DNA of 62,957 bases, the filler included, from Perkinsus chesapeaki ATCC PRA-425 (lineage: Eukaryota > Protista > Perkinsozoa): NCBI GenBank assembly GCA_013115145.1. It is 8 parts of 8 records of this genome, joined end to end, with 100 filler letters (N's around TTAATTAATTAA, not from the genome) between each part and the next. Parts side by side here need not be neighbours in the genome. Positions count along the whole stretch, not along the records: positions 53,962 to 62,957 come from JAAPAO010000951.1; 7 more parts are not named here. One strand, given 5' to 3'. The notes beneath the pieces are model-generated. The model was not told the DNA's origin and ran no database searches. It worked only from the letters and a program-made list of their open reading frames with translations. The translations under genes and the position numbers were made by a program. Position 1 is the stretch's first letter. Each line of letters opens with the position of its first letter. Shown piece after piece: positions 58,623 to 62,957 of the stretch.

Positions 58623-59883
58623 TTACTTCCTGGTCTGCTGGGAAGCGATGTGGTTCTTCTTCATACGCAAGTGACGATCGTCAACGTTGGAGAGCTGGAC
58701 ACCATCGCCCTTGGGAAGGGACACCCAAGGCTTGCCCTCGTGACCGATAACGAAGACGTTGGAGAGACGGGTGGCGAAGTTGTTACCGGCGGCATCGCGA
58801 ACATGGATGATCTCGAAGTTGCCGGGGTGACGCTCACGATGAGTGATAACACCAACACGACCAATATTGTTACCACCAGTCATCATGACAGTGGCACCAA
58901 CCTCGAACCTGAAGGGAGAAATATCGAAACATGCAGCCGAAAATAAGCGGAGCGAAGCAGGTTGAGAGTTTCGTCAGACCATCTGCTGGATAGTCCGCAC
59001 GTTTAGGACTTGGCAAAGCAGTGTTGTACGATTAAGCAAGTCATCATTCGAAACTCTTCCAACCTTCAGAGTAGCCACCTCCCACCACTCACTTGAGGAA
59101 GTCCAAAACCTTGCCGGTCTTGATGTCAATGCGGACGGAATCGTTCTCCTTGATCTCGGGATCGGGGTAACGGATGGTGCGACCGTCGTGAGTGGTGGCG
59201 TACGGCACACCCTTAGAGCCCATGAAGACCTTCTTAACTCTGCAGAGCTTGTAGGCGGCCTCATCGGGGTGAATCTTATGGATGGCGAAACGACCCTTGG
59301 TATCGAACAACAATCTGAACAAAGAAAAATAAAAGCCGCTCCAGAGGACGTAACGAAGGGCGGTGGATGGTCCAGCGGTTTGGCAGTACCTCCTGGCTAG
59401 TTCCCTAGCCATATACCCGGACCTATCCCATGCACTTCAGTGGGCCGTATGAGCCACGGCAGCCACCATTGTTGAGGCTGTGGTGGCTCATAGGGTCTTG
59501 AAGGCATTTAGTCGCATTGTGTTGAGCAATTCCAGGGCAGCACCTGAAGTTCTCCTTGGTCTTTTCAATGGTAATGACATCCATGAAACCAGCGGGGTAG
59601 GTCATATCAGTGCGAACCTGCAAGAGCACATGACCTCAAGTCGACCTAAAGATACTACCTTGCCGTCAACCTTGATGAGCCTCTGCATGACGATCATCTT
59701 AACCTCGTTATAGGTCAAAGCGTACTTCAGACGGTTACGAAGAAGAACAATCAAGGGCATGCACTCACGCAGCTTGTGGGGGCCAGTGGAGGGTCTGGGG
59801 GCCCAGACGCCAGCGAGCTTGTCGAGGAGCCAGTGCTTAGGGGCGAAGACGCGCTTCAAATGCTTCTTAGGACCGCGAGCCAT
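58623..59883 (-). CDS. RPS4: 40S ribosomal protein S4 (eS4), four exons
   Basis: [60 protein letters not shown]. Introns 59618-59658, 59315-59543, 58909-59092. Confidence 0.97.
58966..59056 (-). ncRNA. Intronic box C/D snoRNA in RPS4 intron 3
   Basis: Perfect 8-bp terminal stem GAGTTTCG/CGAAACTC enclosing ATGATGA (C) and CTGA (D), sense to the host gene. Confidence 0.92.
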
Positions 59884-60585
59884 GTTGTGTTTAGGACGGG
59901 AAAGACCTTTCGGAAACTCTGCCGATGAGAGGGTTTGAGATGTTGATCGATTAAATGACCATTCGCTACGTTGAGGAAATGCAAGGTATGCAAGATTGCG
60001 CAAGATTTGTAGTTGCCATCTCATACAATGCGTCCCGCAGCTTGAACCTTTCTGCTTGTATTGTGCGTTGTTGCATTACAATCACTCATTTATCAGTAAG
60101 ATGTCGGGCTACGGTTGCTCCTATGAACCTTAGTTATTGGTGTCTTGTCAAGTGTTCGCCCCTCTGAGTCCCCACAGATTCATCGTTGGCGTTTATTTTA
60201 AGTTGTGCCGATCCGAGCCTTGTAGATTGCACGCATTCTAAATAATAGATTGTTGCATTTCAGAGCTTTACTCGGCCTTGAATCTGTTCATCTTAAACCT
60301 TAAAGCTGGTTAGTTTAATCAGCAGTTGGTTATTAACGGCCTTCTTGCAGCAAACGAACAGTTTGTTTAACAAACCGTTCCAGTTCAAACGCGACCAGCT
60401 TCCTTAGTCTTGTCGTTTGAGACGCCGCAGACTTCGGAGAGAGTCTTAGTGTACTGCATTCCGATATTACTTGACTTCTAAACTCGTTGTGTCGCCGGAG
60501 CTGTCCCCCTAGCACTAGCGTTTGGCCTTTCTCCTTTCGGTGATCCTTCTATAACACGTTTTAGTTTTACGTTATTTCTATCAGA

Positions 60586-61317
60586 ATGGATGACAATATG
60601 ACTGCCGGTGAGCTCCGACGCCGTTATGGCCCTGGAGGCTCTGCTCCTGATTCTGATCTTACTGCCAGCCAATTAAGAGCCAGGCATAATATACATAACA
60701 ATTCATTTAAAGACGACAGCAACGGTACGCAACCCCCATTTGCGATACTCTTCGATAATTCATATTTGTCATATTAGTTTTATAACTAGATTATATACAG
60801 TGTTATAATGTACATAAGATTTTAAGGTTCAATGTAACCACTAGTTCTTAAATGGATACCGCCTCAGTTATTATATAGTATTACTTTACTTTGTTATTAT
60901 ATAGTATTATTTTACTTTATTATTATATAGTATTAATTTGCTTTATTATTATATAGTATTATTTTACTTTATTATTATATAGTATTAATTTGCTTTATTA
61001 TTATATAGTATTATTTTANNNNNNNNNNNNNNNNNNNNNNNNNNNNNNNNNNNNNNNNNNNNNNNNNNNNNNNNNNNNNNNNNNNNNNNNNNNNNNNNNN
61101 NNNNNNNNNNNNNNNNNNCTTTATTATTATATATTAGCATTTAACATTTCGTATCTATTTTTCGCGTTAAGTTACTGCTTACTACACACTACTATATTTT
61201 AATTCGTCCATTTGAAATTCTGTTATTTGATCAGGTATGAGCCCAATGGTCATTATCGCGGCAATCGTATTGCTGGTCGCAGCAGCGGCCGCCGTGATGA
61301 AGTTCTCGTCCTCGTAA
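60586..61317 (+). CDS. 73-aa protein with C-terminal transmembrane anchor, two exons
   Basis: Exon 60586-60724 (G|GTACGC) joins exon 61235-61317 (TCAG|GT) in phase 1: MDDNMTAGELRRRY...DDSNGMSPMVIIAAIVLLVAAAAAVMKFSSS. Confidence 0.75.
60868..61132. repeat. AT-rich minisatellite (about 26-bp period) spanning a 100-N scaffold gap at 61019-61118
   Basis: Core TTATTATATAGTATTA six times before the gap; similar sequence resumes after it. Confidence 0.9.
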
Positions 61318-61380
61318 TTACCTTTGTTTTTGAGTGTTATATAACAACAAGTGGAACATTTTTTGCTGTTTTATTATTGA

Positions 61381-61454
61381 GTTTTGATAGTCTATTTGGT
61401 TAAAGCGGGAGGTTAGTAATCGAAAGGTCGTTGGTTCGAATACCACTTTTAACA
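61381..61454 (+). pseudogene. tRNA-Thr(AGT)-like pseudogene
   Basis: tRNA-length layout: TAGTCTATTTGGTTAAAGCG (D arm), TTAGTAA loop, AGGTC, GGTTCGAAT; stems pair poorly. Confidence 0.5.
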
Positions 61455-62957
61455 ACACAATAATTATTGATACATGAATACTTTGGGTAGAGAATGCAAG
61501 AATTTATTCTCATGCACATGCGTGCAAACCGTCTCTTTGGTGGAGGGCGTCAAAATTACGTGGTTACCATCGATCAGTCTGGCTACTTCCTTGGGCATCC
61601 TTGGTGGGGGCAAGGGGTGGTCGAGGGCTGAAAAAATAAAAATAAAGATGAGTGGAAATGTGCACGAACGGTACACGCCATCCAGAGGGAAATCGAGCAT
61701 TAATCTATAGAGTACGACAAGTCGGGCGATAGCCTATTCCGAATAGGGTAGAGCGAATGACAGAAAGAAGAAAGATGTGCTGGTGTCGTGTTTGGTAGAT
61801 AACTACCAATGCGAGTAATAGCAAGATGAAACAGACAAACAACAATATACCCTATAAACAGAAATGAAATTTTCAGGATAAAAAGCTCTCGTTGAAAAAA
61901 TGAAACACTATTCGTGTCGGAACGTTTGAGCCTCAAGAAGCACCCGACCAGGCAAAGTGTAATGCAGTTGATGAGGAATGTAAATATCCAACACGTCGTT
62001 CATCGCATTAGTGGTCCGTATGTCAGTGGTCGGTCTTGGATGGTCGTTGAGGTAACCAGAATAGGGCAGATCGAACGGTACTCGCTTCTCCAAGGCGTGG
62101 ATAGTCGACGATAACTTGTCACGTATCTGAAATGCAGGCGATCGTTTACCCTAATTGGAAATCAAAAAGCATGGAGGAGGAAATATAACAGAATTTACAC
62201 TGCGCGACATGTCATTTGCAACTCGTGTTTTCTGTGGATTTATGGACAACCAGGGAGAGTGTCGAACGGGTATGTTCTCGATACACAGTAAGTTCATCCT
62301 CCATATGTTCCGAGATGGACAGGTAAACGGGAGACGCGTACCATCTGGGCCGAGCAACAGCAGCTGATGCCCTCTATGTCGTCTATAGCTCATGGATAAA
62401 ACAGCTATAATATACATTGCTTATTGACGAAGAGGGATCTACTGAACCAAAATGAAGGGGGCATAAGACTCCCTACTTCGTCCGGTAACGCATCAAAGTC
62501 CTTGTTCTTCAGGACGTAGTTGCAGAACTGCCGAATCTGTCCGCGGAACTTCGCAATGTACCTACTTTAGGCACCACGTTCGCCATGCGACTCACATTTC
62601 CAAGTGTATCCCTGATGTTAGTAAGTATTCATTTTTCACCAGTGGAACGAATCTCGGGACATTCCGTCGATTGCTCAATTCTATTGTTCATTTTCCGATA
62701 TGTACTTCTGCTGCAGTATGAAACGACCTATATTAATATAGATCACTAACGAACCCGCGTGCTTTGTAAATGATATCTCAGGGATCTGAACCCGCGACCA
62801 CCCTACAGATCCTGCCCGCTCGCTCCGAACCCCCTGTGCGTCACAGGAGCACACTCATCACGACGGATGATAGAGATATATAAATACACCATTTCAAGAT
62901 CTAATTAGTAAAAGCCAAGACCAAATTAGTTAACGCCCAGAACAAATTAATATAGCC

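Noticed and set aside
59315-59543. SRP RNA or canonical H/ACA snoRNA
   Set aside because: No SRP helix-8 motif and no ANANNA or ACA boxes in the expected positions
62785-62835. Another tRNA-like remnant (minus strand)
   Set aside because: T-loop motif is imperfect (GGTTCAGATCC) and no other arm is recognisable

Overview
Eukaryotic genomic DNA with short GT-AG introns. The ~40-60 nt introns, intronless subtilisin family and abundant tyrosine-recombinase (YR) retroelements fit a Perkinsus-like alveolate (inference, not proven). The window is a concatenation: seven artificial 100-nt spacers (N44-TTAATTAATTAA-N44) and one 100-N gap split it, so adjacency across spacers means nothing. Host genes: a GH95/DUF5703-like glycosidase, a WW/B-box protein, a NEK kinase, a gene of eight tandem truncated-haemoglobin domains in an (AB)4 pattern, a mitochondrial-type EF-P-like protein, a secreted 5'-nucleotidase, a class III adenylate cyclase, one intact and two broken subtilisins, RPS4 and a 73-aa tail-anchored protein. 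Mobile DNA: three DIRS/Ngaro-like YR retrotransposons (one intact), a Ty3/gypsy integrase fragment, a decayed Helitron, a MULE fragment and a CACTA-like miniature element. Best leads: (1) splice sites placed so that intron removal deletes ORF stops and fuses gag, RT/RNaseH and YR in frame in the YR retroelements; (2) the eight-domain globin; (3) a duplicated dual-guide box C/D snoRNA at RPS4; (4) many perfect 1-nt-spacer palindromes in decayed DNA, resembling hairpin-repair scars. All gene models were read by eye.
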